A stretch of 61,481 bases of DNA, filler included. It is 5 parts of 5 records of this genome, joined end to end, with 100 filler letters (N's around TTAATTAATTAA, not from the genome) between each part and the next. Parts side by side here need not be neighbours in the genome. Positions count along the whole stretch, not along the records: positions 28,430 to 47,946 come from SRR31156797_11500; positions 48,047 to 53,633 come from SRR31156797_11508; 3 more parts are not named here. One strand, given 5' to 3'. Position 1 is the stretch's first letter; every line of letters begins with the position of its first letter. The position numbers were made by a program, and so were the translations under genes. A model generated the notes under the pieces. The model saw only the letters and a program-made list of their open reading frames with translations. It did not search any database and was not told the DNA's origin. Positions 39,416 to 48,231 of this stretch are shown in pieces.

Positions 39416-40261
39416 CTATAGTATAATTTCGATTTCCCCTTCGAAAACTTCCGTCGCAGGACCTGTCATATACACATGATTGCCCTCGCTGTATTCAATA
39501 GTCAATTTACCTCCTACAAGCTGCAAATCGACTCTGTTATCAACTAAACCCAGTTTAATGCAGGCAACCGCCGTTGCACACGCACCAGTTCCGCAGGCTA
39601 ATGTCTCGCCTGTTCCCCTCTCATACACACGCATTTTTATCAAATTTTTGTTAATGACCTCAGTAAACTCAATATTACTTCTCTCAGGAAATACTTCGTG
39701 GCTTTCAAGCGGAGCACCGATACCATCCACGTCAAAGTTATCAACATCATCCACAAAGATTATTGCATGAGGATTGCCCATTGATACGCAGTGAACTTTG
39801 TAATCTGTGCCATTTGATTCAATAGCGGAGCCAAATGGTTCGTTCAGATTAACTGGTATGTCCTTAGCATCAAATATTGGTTCACCCATATCGACTCTTG
39901 CTCTGGCTACCTTACCAGTATCATCAATAAACATATCTATGTATTTTGTGCCTGCCAATGTTTCAATGGCAGTAGATAACCCCTTTATCATGCCTCTGTC
40001 TGCCACATATTTTGCCACACAACGAATGCCATTGCCGCACATCTGGCTCTCTGAACCATCGGCATTAAACATTCTCATCTTATAGTCAGCAATTTCAGAT
40101 GGGCAGATAAGTATCAGTCCGTCCGAACCAATACCATAATGCCTGTCGGATACAATACGGGCAATCTCGCTTATATGTTCATCCGGCAGTTCTACCTCAA
40201 CCGCGTTGACATAGACATAGTCATTGCCTGCGCCTTCCATCTTTGTAAATGGTATTTTCAT
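39416..40261 (-). CDS. dapF: Diaminopimelate epimerase
   Basis: KM.GAGND, NADGS...MCGNGIRC, SMGNPH, ERGTGETLACGTG. Confidence 0.97.
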   Translation of the reverse strand: MKIPFTKMEGAGNDYVYVNAVEVELPDEHISEIARIVSDRHYGIGSDGLILICPSEIADYKMRMFNADGSESQMCGNGIRCVAKYVADRGMIKGLSTAIETLAGTKYIDMFIDDTGKVARARVDMGEPIFDAKDIPVNLNEPFGSAIESNGTDYKVHCVSMGNPHAIIFVDDVDNFDVDGIGAPLESHEVFPERSNIEFTEVINKNLIKMRVYERGTGETLACGTGACATAVACIKLGLVDNRVDLQLVGGKLTIEYSEGNHVYMTGPATEVFEGEIEIIL

Positions 40262-40284
40262 TTTGATCTCCTTAATGAGCTAAA

Positions 40285-41721
40285 TCATCCCATTAGATAA
40301 TCGTCAATATCCTCTGCCGCCATACGCCCTTCGTAGACTCCCCAGATAACCAGAGACTGTCCTCTGCGCATATCACCAGCAGTAAATACATTCTTCTTTT
40401 TAGTTAAGTAAGTCTCACCAGTTTCTACTCCAAAATCCTCCAGCGCATACTTCTCTGCACCAGTAAAGCCCATACACAACAGAACCAAATCAGCTGGGTA
40501 AGTCTTTTCAGTACCTTCAATAGGCACTGGGATAAATCTGCCCTGATCGTTCTTCTCCCACTTAATTTTAACAGTGTCTACGGATTTCACTTTACCACCT
40601 TCACCATTAAACTTAACTGTATTTATTTCATATATACGAGGGTCTTCGCCCTGCAAGTATATTGCTTCCTGCTGACCATAGTCAGTCTTAAGCACTTTAG
40701 GGAACATAGGCCATGGATTATTTGCCTGACGTGTCTTTGGTGATTCCGGCATAATTTCGAACTGTACCACATTTGCACCTTTTCTAAGAACTGTACCTAC
40801 ACAGTCGTTACCTGTATCACCGCCGCCAATTACAACGACATTCATGCCCTTCATAGTTTCCTTCATAATATCAAAGCCATCTGATAGCAGCTGCTTTGTG
40901 TTCTCAGTCAAAAAGTCTACAGCAAAGCGAATGCCTTCTAGCTCTCTGCCCTCTGCATTTAAATCTCTAGGAGTAGTAGCTCCGCCAGCCAGTAGCACTG
41001 CATCGTATTTTTTCTGCAGTTCTTTAGCAGATATATCCTTACCAACATCGCAGTTTGTAACAAACTCAATGCCGACTTCTTTCATCACGTCTACTCTTTG
41101 GCGAATAACGTCTTTATCCAGTTTCATATTTGGAATACCATACATCAGCAGACCGCCTATAGCATCATTTCTTTCATATACTGTTACACTATGACCTAGT
41201 TGATTAAGTCTCCATGCAGCAGATAATCCTGCTGGACCTGAGCCAACTACAGCTACCTTTTTGTTTGTTCTTTCTACAGGTATACCGCCTTCAGCTACCC
41301 AGCCGTTAGCAAATGCTTTATCAGCTAAGAGCCTTTCGTTGTCATGAATTGTAACCGGATCATCATTTAGTCCGCATGTACATGCACCCTCACATGGTGC
41401 AGGACATACACGGGATGTCATCTCCGGCAGGGTATTAGTCCTTGATAGTCTCTCCCATGCTTCCTTGTAATTACCCTGATATATCAGCTCATTCCATTCA
41501 GGTATCAGATTACCGTTTGGACAGCCTGATACTGCATTGCCATACAAAACCCCAGACAAGCAGAACGGTACACCGCAGTTCATACATCTGGCTGCCTGTT
41601 CTCTTTGCTGCTCCTCTGTGAGAGGAACAACGAATTCGTCAAAGCCTGCAAGCCTTCTTTCCGGCTCAATGTGCCCTGCACTCTTTCTATCATATTCCAT
41701 AAATCCTGTGATTTTACCCAT
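40285..41721 (-). CDS. gltD: Glutamate synthase small subunit
   Basis: MGKITGF, RCMNCGVPFC, RVCPAPCE, GSGPAG, GGGDTG.DC, AGDMRRGQSL. Confidence 0.96.
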   Translation of the reverse strand: MGKITGFMEYDRKSAGHIEPERRLAGFDEFVVPLTEEQQREQAARCMNCGVPFCLSGVLYGNAVSGCPNGNLIPEWNELIYQGNYKEAWERLSRTNTLPEMTSRVCPAPCEGACTCGLNDDPVTIHDNERLLADKAFANGWVAEGGIPVERTNKKVAVVGSGPAGLSAAWRLNQLGHSVTVYERNDAIGGLLMYGIPNMKLDKDVIRQRVDVMKEVGIEFVTNCDVGKDISAKELQKKYDAVLLAGGATTPRDLNAEGRELEGIRFAVDFLTENTKQLLSDGFDIMKETMKGMNVVVIGGGDTGNDCVGTVLRKGANVVQFEIMPESPKTRQANNPWPMFPKVLKTDYGQQEAIYLQGEDPRIYEINTVKFNGEGGKVKSVDTVKIKWEKNDQGRFIPVPIEGTEKTYPADLVLLCMGFTGAEKYALEDFGVETGETYLTKKKNVFTAGDMRRGQSLVIWGVYEGRMAAEDIDDYLMG

Positions 41722-41745
41722 GATTATATTCCTTTCAAAGAATGA

Positions 41746-44700
41746 TTATTTCGCAGCTACTTTGCGCTCAAACGCAGTTGTCAGCATTTCCTCACCAGTC
41801 AGTCCTTCATTTTTCGCCTTATCTATTTCACTTAGCATCTGTGCATAGTCGTCAGGCATTACCTTGACCATTTTCTTTACGCTGTCTGCCCACTTACTGA
41901 GTATCTTCTCACCTACAGAAGAACCAGTGTATTTTACATGATTTTCAATCAGTGATTTCACTTCAGCAATTTCTGCTTCCATTTCCAGTGGATATAGAGT
42001 AACCATATCCAGATTACATCTTTCTTCCAGATCACCAATAGTATCGTACACATATGCTACACCGCCAGACATACCAGCAGCGAAATTATATCCTACAGTA
42101 CCAAGTATCACAGCCTTACCGCCTGTCATGTATTCACAGCCGTGGTCTCCAGCACCTTCAACTACTGCATGAACACCTGAATTACGAACGCAGAATCTCT
42201 CTCCTGCCATGCCTCGTGCATACAGTTCACCGCTTGTAGCTCCATAGCATGCAACATTACCAATGATAGTATTTTCTTCTGCAACATATGCAGCATCTTC
42301 TGGCGGAGCAACGATAATCTTACCGCCGCACATACCCTTTGCTACATAGTCGTTAGCATCACCTTTTATATTCAGCGTAATTCCCTTTGGCAGAAACGCA
42401 CCCAAAGACTGACCTGCAGTACCGGTAAAGTTATATGTTATTGTATCATGATCAAGACCATCATCACCATAACGCTTTGCCAGCCAGCCGCCAAGCCTTG
42501 TGCCGGTTGACCTGTCAATATTACCGATTGGCATATTAATTTCAACTTTCTGCTTTGTTTCAATCATTGCCTCAATAGCAGCAAAGTAATGATTCCATTC
42601 TGATGCACCTGCCAATGGTGCCATATGTTTTCCGTTAAGTGGCTTCGGATTAGCTATAACAGATGTCAAGTCTATAGAATTCGCCTTGTCATTACCCTCT
42701 ATTTTCTTTTGCTTTAGTATGGATGACTGACCGATTAATTCTTCCATAGACCTATATCCTAATTCAGCCATAATCTCACGCATATCCTGAGCAATAAATC
42801 TTAGCATATTCTCCACATGTTCAGGTTTGCCTGCGAATTTCTTGCGAAGTTCAGGATTCTGAGTTGCTACACCTACAGGACAAGTATTAAGATTACATAC
42901 TCTCATCATTACGCAACCAATAGCAACTAGTGGAAGAGTCGCAAATCCATATTCCTCAGCACCCAGTAAAGCTGCTATAACTACATCACGACCTGTCATC
43001 ATCTTGCCGTCTGTTTCTAGTAAAACTCTGTCACGAAGACCATTCATCTCCAATATCTGATGAGTTTCTGCTAAGCCAAGCTCCCAAGGTAGACCAGCAT
43101 GCTGTGTAGATGTTCTAGGTGAAGCCCCTGTACCGCCGTCAAAGCCAGAAATCAATATTACATCAGCACGACCTTTTGCAACACCTGCAGCAATAGTACC
43201 AACACCAATCTCTGATACCAGTTTAACGTTGACCTTAGCTGCTGGATTTGCATTCTTTAGGTCATATATTAATTGTGCCAAATCCTCAATAGAATAAATA
43301 TCATGGTGCGGTGGTGGAGATATCAAACCAACACCTGGTGTTGAATGACGCACTCTGGCAACCCAAGGATATACCTTGTGACCTGGCAGGTGTCCGCCTT
43401 CTCCTGGTTTTGCACCCTGTGCTACCTTAATTTGAATTTCCTTTGCACTAGATAAATATTCAGCAGTAACTCCAAATCTACCAGATGCAATCTGCTTGAT
43501 GGCAGAGCACATAGAATCTCCATTTGCAAGTGGTGTGAATCTCTTTCTATCCTCGCCGCCTTCACCGGAGTTTGACTTACCCTTTAGTCTATTCATAGCA
43601 ATAGCCATTGTTGTATGTGCTTCTTCTGATATTGAACCATAACTCATAGCACCTGTCTTGAATCTCTGTACAATTCTGTTAACAGGCTCTACTTCATTGA
43701 TATCAACTTGTTTTCTGTCAGAATCAAACTCTAGCATTGAGCGCAGAGTATAGTTCTCAACTTCTTCACTCTGGAGCTTATCTACATACTGCTTATACAT
43801 ACCATAGTCATTGTTTCGTACAGCCTGCTGGAACAGATGTATGGTCTCTGGATTATACATATGCTCCTCACCGTCACGCTTGAATTGAAATATACCACCG
43901 GAAGGCAATGTATCCTTTGCACGCCTGCCATAACCCATACTGTGTCTTTTTGCAGTTTCATCAGCAATATGCTTTAATGTCAGCCCCTCAATACGAGATG
44001 TACAGCCTGCAAAGTATTTATCTACTACTTTTTTACTGATACCAAGTATTTCAAATATCTGTGCTCCCTGATATGATGCTACACATGAAATACCCATCTT
44101 TGACATAACTTTTATTATGCCTTTAACTACAGATTTCTGATAGTTCTTTAGTGCTTTTGCTTCGTCTACTTTGCCTGTATATCCACGAGCAACACATTCC
44201 TTAACCAATCTGTATGCCATATATGGATGTATAGCTGATACACCGAAACCAACAAGTGTTGCAAAGTGATGTACTTCACTAGCCTCTGCTGTGTCTAGTA
44301 TTATATCAGCACGACCTCTTAAGCCTTTTCTAATCAAATGATGATGCAGTCCGCCAACAGCCAATAGCGCAGGTATACCAGCGTTTTCTTCATCAAAACC
44401 TCTGTCTGATAAAATCAGGATTGTTGCTCCCTTTGAAATAGCCTTTTCTGCATCTTTAAATACCTTGTCCAGTGCTTTCTCAAGACCAGAACCACCGCTT
44501 TTCGTCTTGTAGGATATTGGAATAATTTCAGATTTAAATCCGTCAGTATTAAGAGCTGCAATATTTGCATAGCTCTGAGTATCAAGAACCGGAGATTCTA
44601 ATCTCAGCTTCTTACAGTTTTTATCAACGTCTTTTGTGAAGTCGCCGGAAGCGCCAACAAATACTTCCGTACCAGTAACAATCTCTTCCCTCAATGCATC

Positions 44701-46317
44701 AATAGCAGGGTTTGTTACCTGTGCGAATAGTTGCTTGAAATAATTATACAATAGCTGAGGCTTTTTGCTAAGTACTGGCAGCGGAATATCCATACCCATT
44801 GCGGAAATCGGCTCTTTTCCGTCTCTAGCCATAGGAGTGATTATGGACTGCACTGCCTCAAATGTATAACCAAATGCCTTTAGTCCTGCACCAAATTTTG
44901 CTTCATCCATATCATGATTTTCTTTAGATGCAGGTATCATGTCCATTGTCAGTCTATATTTATCAAGCCATGCAGCATAGTCATGACGCTCTGCATAGTC
45001 TTCCTTTACCTGATGATCTTTATAGAGTTTACCCAGCTCAGTATCAACCAATACCATTTCACCAGGACCTAATCTGCCTTTTTCTACTGTCTCGCTGGCA
45101 GCAATATCAAGTACTCCAGCTTCTGATGAAAGTATAACCCTTCTGTCCTTTGTCACCTGATAACGTGAAGGACGAAGTCCGTTTCTGTCAAGAATAGCTC
45201 CTGCATATCTTCCGTCTGAGAAACATATAGCGGCAGGACCGTCCCAAGGCTCCATTATATTTGCTGAATATTCATAGAATGCTTTCATCTCAGGAGAAAT
45301 ATCAATAGCCTTACTCCATGCTTCAGGAATCATCATCAGAAGAACCTGCGGCAGTGGTCTGTCCTGCAAGCACAAGAATTCTAAACAGTTATCAAATTTA
45401 ATTGAGTCTGAGCCTTCATTATCTATAACTGGTATTACAGCATCTTTTACATCTTTAAAGACACCTCCGTCATTAACGCTCTCACGTGCCTTGAACCAAT
45501 TCTCATTTCCTCGAAGTGTATTTATCTCACCATTATGAGCTATAAATCTACATGGCTGAGCTCTGTCCCATGACGGGAAAGTATTTGTAGAAAAACGTGA
45601 ATGAACCACGCAGATAGATGTCTCCATCCTAGGGTCATCTAAATCAGGGAAGAATTTACGTATCTGCCACGCATGAAGCATTCCCTTGTATACAATAGTC
45701 CTAGAAGACAAGGATGAGAAATAATAGTCATCATTGCCAGCAACGCGTATCTTCTGCTCTAGCATACGGCGCAGAACATATATCTTGTGTTCGAAGCCGC
45801 CTTCTACAGAGAAATTACCTTCTCCTGTGATAAACAATTGATAAAAGCTGGGCATACAGTCTCTGGCAGCAGGACCAGCATCAAAGTAACTGTATGGCAT
45901 CTTTCTCACATACAGCAGATTAAAGCCCATCTCTTCAACTACCTTTTTTGTCTCCTCCAGCAGTTTGCTGCATTTTTCTTCTTCTCTTGGAAGAAATGTC
46001 ATCGCTACAGCATATTCTCCTAAAGGCGGCAATGTAATATCTGCCTCCTCTTTACATACTGCACGAAGAAATTTATCAGGCATAGCCATCAATATACCAG
46101 CGCCATCGCCTGTATCTTCCTCTGCACCAGTACCCCCTCTGTGAACCAGACGTTCAAGAATAATCAAACCATCATCCACGATTGCTCTGGATGGCTTGCC
46201 GTCCATATGGGCAATGAAACCCATTCCGCAGGCATCATGTTCGAAGTTCTTGTCGTATAGTCCTTGTGATTCAGGTCTCTGGTTGAAAGGAATAACCTTT
46301 TTCTCCATAATGCTCAT
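41746..46317 (-). CDS. gltB: Glutamate synthase large subunit
   Basis: EHDACG (N-terminal nucleophile Cys), HSRFSTNT, HNGEIN, GAMSYGS, QGAKPGEGG, CVMMRVCNLNTCP, GXGXG domain. Confidence 0.98.
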   Translation of the reverse strand: MSIMEKKVIPFNQRPESQGLYDKNFEHDACGMGFIAHMDGKPSRAIVDDGLIILERLVHRGGTGAEEDTGDGAGILMAMPDKFLRAVCKEEADITLPPLGEYAVAMTFLPREEEKCSKLLEETKKVVEEMGFNLLYVRKMPYSYFDAGPAARDCMPSFYQLFITGEGNFSVEGGFEHKIYVLRRMLEQKIRVAGNDDYYFSSLSSRTIVYKGMLHAWQIRKFFPDLDDPRMETSICVVHSRFSTNTFPSWDRAQPCRFIAHNGEINTLRGNENWFKARESVNDGGVFKDVKDAVIPVIDNEGSDSIKFDNCLEFLCLQDRPLPQVLLMMIPEAWSKAIDISPEMKAFYEYSANIMEPWDGPAAICFSDGRYAGAILDRNGLRPSRYQVTKDRRVILSSEAGVLDIAASETVEKGRLGPGEMVLVDTELGKLYKDHQVKEDYAERHDYAAWLDKYRLTMDMIPASKENHDMDEAKFGAGLKAFGYTFEAVQSIITPMARDGKEPISAMGMDIPLPVLSKKPQLLYNYFKQLFAQVTNPAIDALREEIVTGTEVFVGASGDFTKDVDKNCKKLRLESPVLDTQSYANIAALNTDGFKSEIIPISYKTKSGGSGLEKALDKVFKDAEKAISKGATILILSDRGFDEENAGIPALLAVGGLHHHLIRKGLRGRADIILDTAEASEVHHFATLVGFGVSAIHPYMAYRLVKECVARGYTGKVDEAKALKNYQKSVVKGIIKVMSKMGISCVASYQGAQIFEILGISKKVVDKYFAGCTSRIEGLTLKHIADETAKRHSMGYGRRAKDTLPSGGIFQFKRDGEEHMYNPETIHLFQQAVRNNDYGMYKQYVDKLQSEEVENYTLRSMLEFDSDRKQVDINEVEPVNRIVQRFKTGAMSYGSISEEAHTTMAIAMNRLKGKSNSGEGGEDRKRFTPLANGDSMCSAIKQIASGRFGVTAEYLSSAKEIQIKVAQGAKPGEGGHLPGHKVYPWVARVRHSTPGVGLISPPPHHDIYSIEDLAQLIYDLKNANPAAKVNVKLVSEIGVGTIAAGVAKGRADVILISGFDGGTGASPRTSTQHAGLPWELGLAETHQILEMNGLRDRVLLETDGKMMTGRDVVIAALLGAEEYGFATLPLVAIGCVMMRVCNLNTCPVGVATQNPELRKKFAGKPEHVENMLRFIAQDMREIMAELGYRSMEELIGQSSILKQKKIEGNDKANSIDLTSVIANPKPLNGKHMAPLAGASEWNHYFAAIEAMIETKQKVEINMPIGNIDRSTGTRLGGWLAKRYGDDGLDHDTITYNFTGTAGQSLGAFLPKGITLNIKGDANDYVAKGMCGGKIIVAPPEDAAYVAEENTIIGNVACYGATSGELYARGMAGERFCVRNSGVHAVVEGAGDHGCEYMTGGKAVILGTVGYNFAAGMSGGVAYVYDTIGDLEERCNLDMVTLYPLEMEAEIAEVKSLIENHVKYTGSSVGEKILSKWADSVKKMVKVMPDDYAQMLSEIDKAKNEGLTGEEMLTTAFERKVAAK

Positions 46318-46418
46318 AATAAATCCCCTTATAAAAATATTAGTGAAATTTTCCTAATCGGTTTTCATCCAATTAATGTCTAATTCAAGTTAATAATTAG
46401 TGTTTTTGTAATTACTCC

Positions 46419-46478
46419 AAATATACAAACAGAGCAACACAATCAAAGCTCTTTTCAGTCTTCATTGACGTATTACTC
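46419..46478 (-). promoter_or_regulatory. Candidate ANTAR-regulated terminator/antiterminator in the gltB leader
   Basis: Minus-strand hairpin GAGTAATAC..CAATGAAG/CTTTGATTG..TGTTGCTC followed by a T-rich tail; its 5' arm overlaps GTC-AATGAA-GAC, a 3-bp stem with an A1/G4 hexaloop (46469-46458). Confidence 0.55.
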
Positions 46479-46538
46479 AACTATTTTCTAATCTATTTAT
46501 TTAATGCATATATCTGCATTAAATTCCTCCCATACTAC

Positions 46539-47135
46539 TTAATACCGATAGAACTCCACACCATCTGTTTCTATTACCCTTTTTGCTATTTCTTTTATGG
46601 GTATTCCTGTGTCCATTGATGTCTTCTGCAATGCACGATAGGCACTGGGTTCATCCATATTATATTTTTCCATCAGCAATGCTTTTGCCTTATTAACTAT
46701 TGCACGCTGGTCTTTCTCCTTTTTCAATCGGTCCCGTTCAGCACGCATATTGCCATATCTTTGGCGGTTCTTCCACGTTATTTCCAGGGCATGCTGCAGC
46801 ACCATTCTAGATACCGGTTTTACCAGGCATGTAATATCGTAATTTTCATACCTCGACTCAATACTTACCTTATTTCTTTCAGATGTAATCATTATAACAC
46901 TGGCATCACTGCGGTCCATCAAGTCCAGGGCCATAGACAGTCCGCTCATATCTGGCAAGTTCTCACTGCACAGTATTATATCATAATTGTGGTAGCTGGT
47001 TCCTCTGAGAGCACTTCCGCCGGAGTGGCATACTTCTACTACTCGATATCCCAGAGACTTAAGCAAGGTGCACAGCTTCTTTACAGTATCGCCGCCCCGC
47101 ATAACAACCAGTATCTCACAAATGCCTTCTGGCAT
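46539..47135 (-). CDS. ANTAR-domain regulator with a degenerate receiver (NitR/NasT/AmiR-like)
   Basis: C-terminal IVNKAKALLM...EPSAYRALQKTSMD ANTAR motif; receiver-like LPDMSG and KP; located between glnA and gltB. Confidence 0.9.
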   Translation of the reverse strand: MPEGICEILVVMRGGDTVKKLCTLLKSLGYRVVEVCHSGGSALRGTSYHNYDIILCSENLPDMSGLSMALDLMDRSDASVIMITSERNKVSIESRYENYDITCLVKPVSRMVLQHALEITWKNRQRYGNMRAERDRLKKEKDQRAIVNKAKALLMEKYNMDEPSAYRALQKTSMDTGIPIKEIAKRVIETDGVEFYRY

Positions 47136-47256
47136 ATGAAACTCCTTTCAGTTGGTTTTCATATAGTGAAAACTAAAAGCCTGCTATACTTATTTTGTTG
47201 CTTGTATATATTCCTGCTACTAGGAAGATATACTCAATATTAGTATATTATAGTCA

Positions 47257-47287
47257 GCTCAAGAGACTATATAAAAGTCCCTTGAGC
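47257..47287 (-). terminator. Hairpin after glnA (weak terminator or stability element)
   Basis: Minus strand GCTCAAGGGACT-loop-AGTCTCTTGAGC, no clear U tract. Confidence 0.5.
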
Positions 47288-47297
47288 ATATAGTCTG

Positions 47298-47946
47298 CTA
47301 GCAGGTTGGCAAGTATTTATCTATCTCCCACTCGGTAACAGTTGAAATATATTCCTTCCATTCTGCTTCCTTAGCCATTACATAGTTTGTGAAGATATGC
47401 TCGCCAAGAGTCTCCTTAACCAATTCATCTTTCTTCATTGCGCATATTGCATCATAGAGATTTGCTGGAAGTGCCTTCACTCCTGCTTCGCTTAATGCTT
47501 CTTCGCTCATTGAGAAAATATTTTGTTCAACGCTTTCAGGCGGTGTTTTTCCATTCTTTATTCCATCAAGTCCAGCCTTTAACATACATGCAAATGCCAA
47601 ATATGGATTACATGATGGATCAGGATTACGAAGCTCTATTCTAGTGCCCTGTTCTCTTGCTGCTGGTATACGGATAAGAGGTGATCTGTTCTTTGTTGCC
47701 CATGCTGCATATATTGGTGCTTCATATCCAGGTACCAGTCTCTTATATGAATTTATTAATGGATTAGTTAGTGCAGTAAAGCCCTGCACGTGATCTAAAA
47801 CGCCTGCAATATAGCTGTAGCAGTCTTTTGACAGTCCTCTTTTATCACTTTCATCGCAGAATGCATTCTTGCCATCCTTAAACAATGATTGGTTTGTGTG
47901 CATTCCTGAACCGTTTATGCCGAATATTGGCTTTGGCATAAATGAT
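47298..47946 (-). CDS. glnA: Glutamine synthetase type I, C-terminal part (5'-truncated by contig edge)
   Basis: FMPKP..GINGSGMH, NSYKRLVPGYEAP, NRSPLIRIP, RIELRNPDPSCNPYL. Confidence 0.96.
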
Positions 47947-48046
47947 NNNNNNNNNNNNNNNNNNNNNNNNNNNNNNNNNNNNNNNNNNNNTTAATTAATT
48001 AANNNNNNNNNNNNNNNNNNNNNNNNNNNNNNNNNNNNNNNNNNNN
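47947..48046. other. Artificial contig linker
   Basis: N44-TTAATTAATTAA-N44. Confidence 0.99.
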
Positions 48047-48231
48047 GAAAAAAGCAAAGTGTCGCTGTAGTGATAAGAAGCTTTAGGAAAGCTTGATTAC
48101 AGCAGATGAAATTTTTATGGGATATATCCTTGAGTTGGCAACTGATTTTTTATTGCCTTTGTACATGAATCTATTAGTCAACAAGCAGGTATGTCCGGTT
48201 ATGGCGGAGCATGAAATGGATGTGTTGAAAG

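Noticed and set aside
47136-47297. ANTAR twin-hairpin target between glnA and the ANTAR gene
   Set aside because: Hairpins exist but their loops (AGTAGC, CTATA) lack the A1/G4 hexaloop pattern
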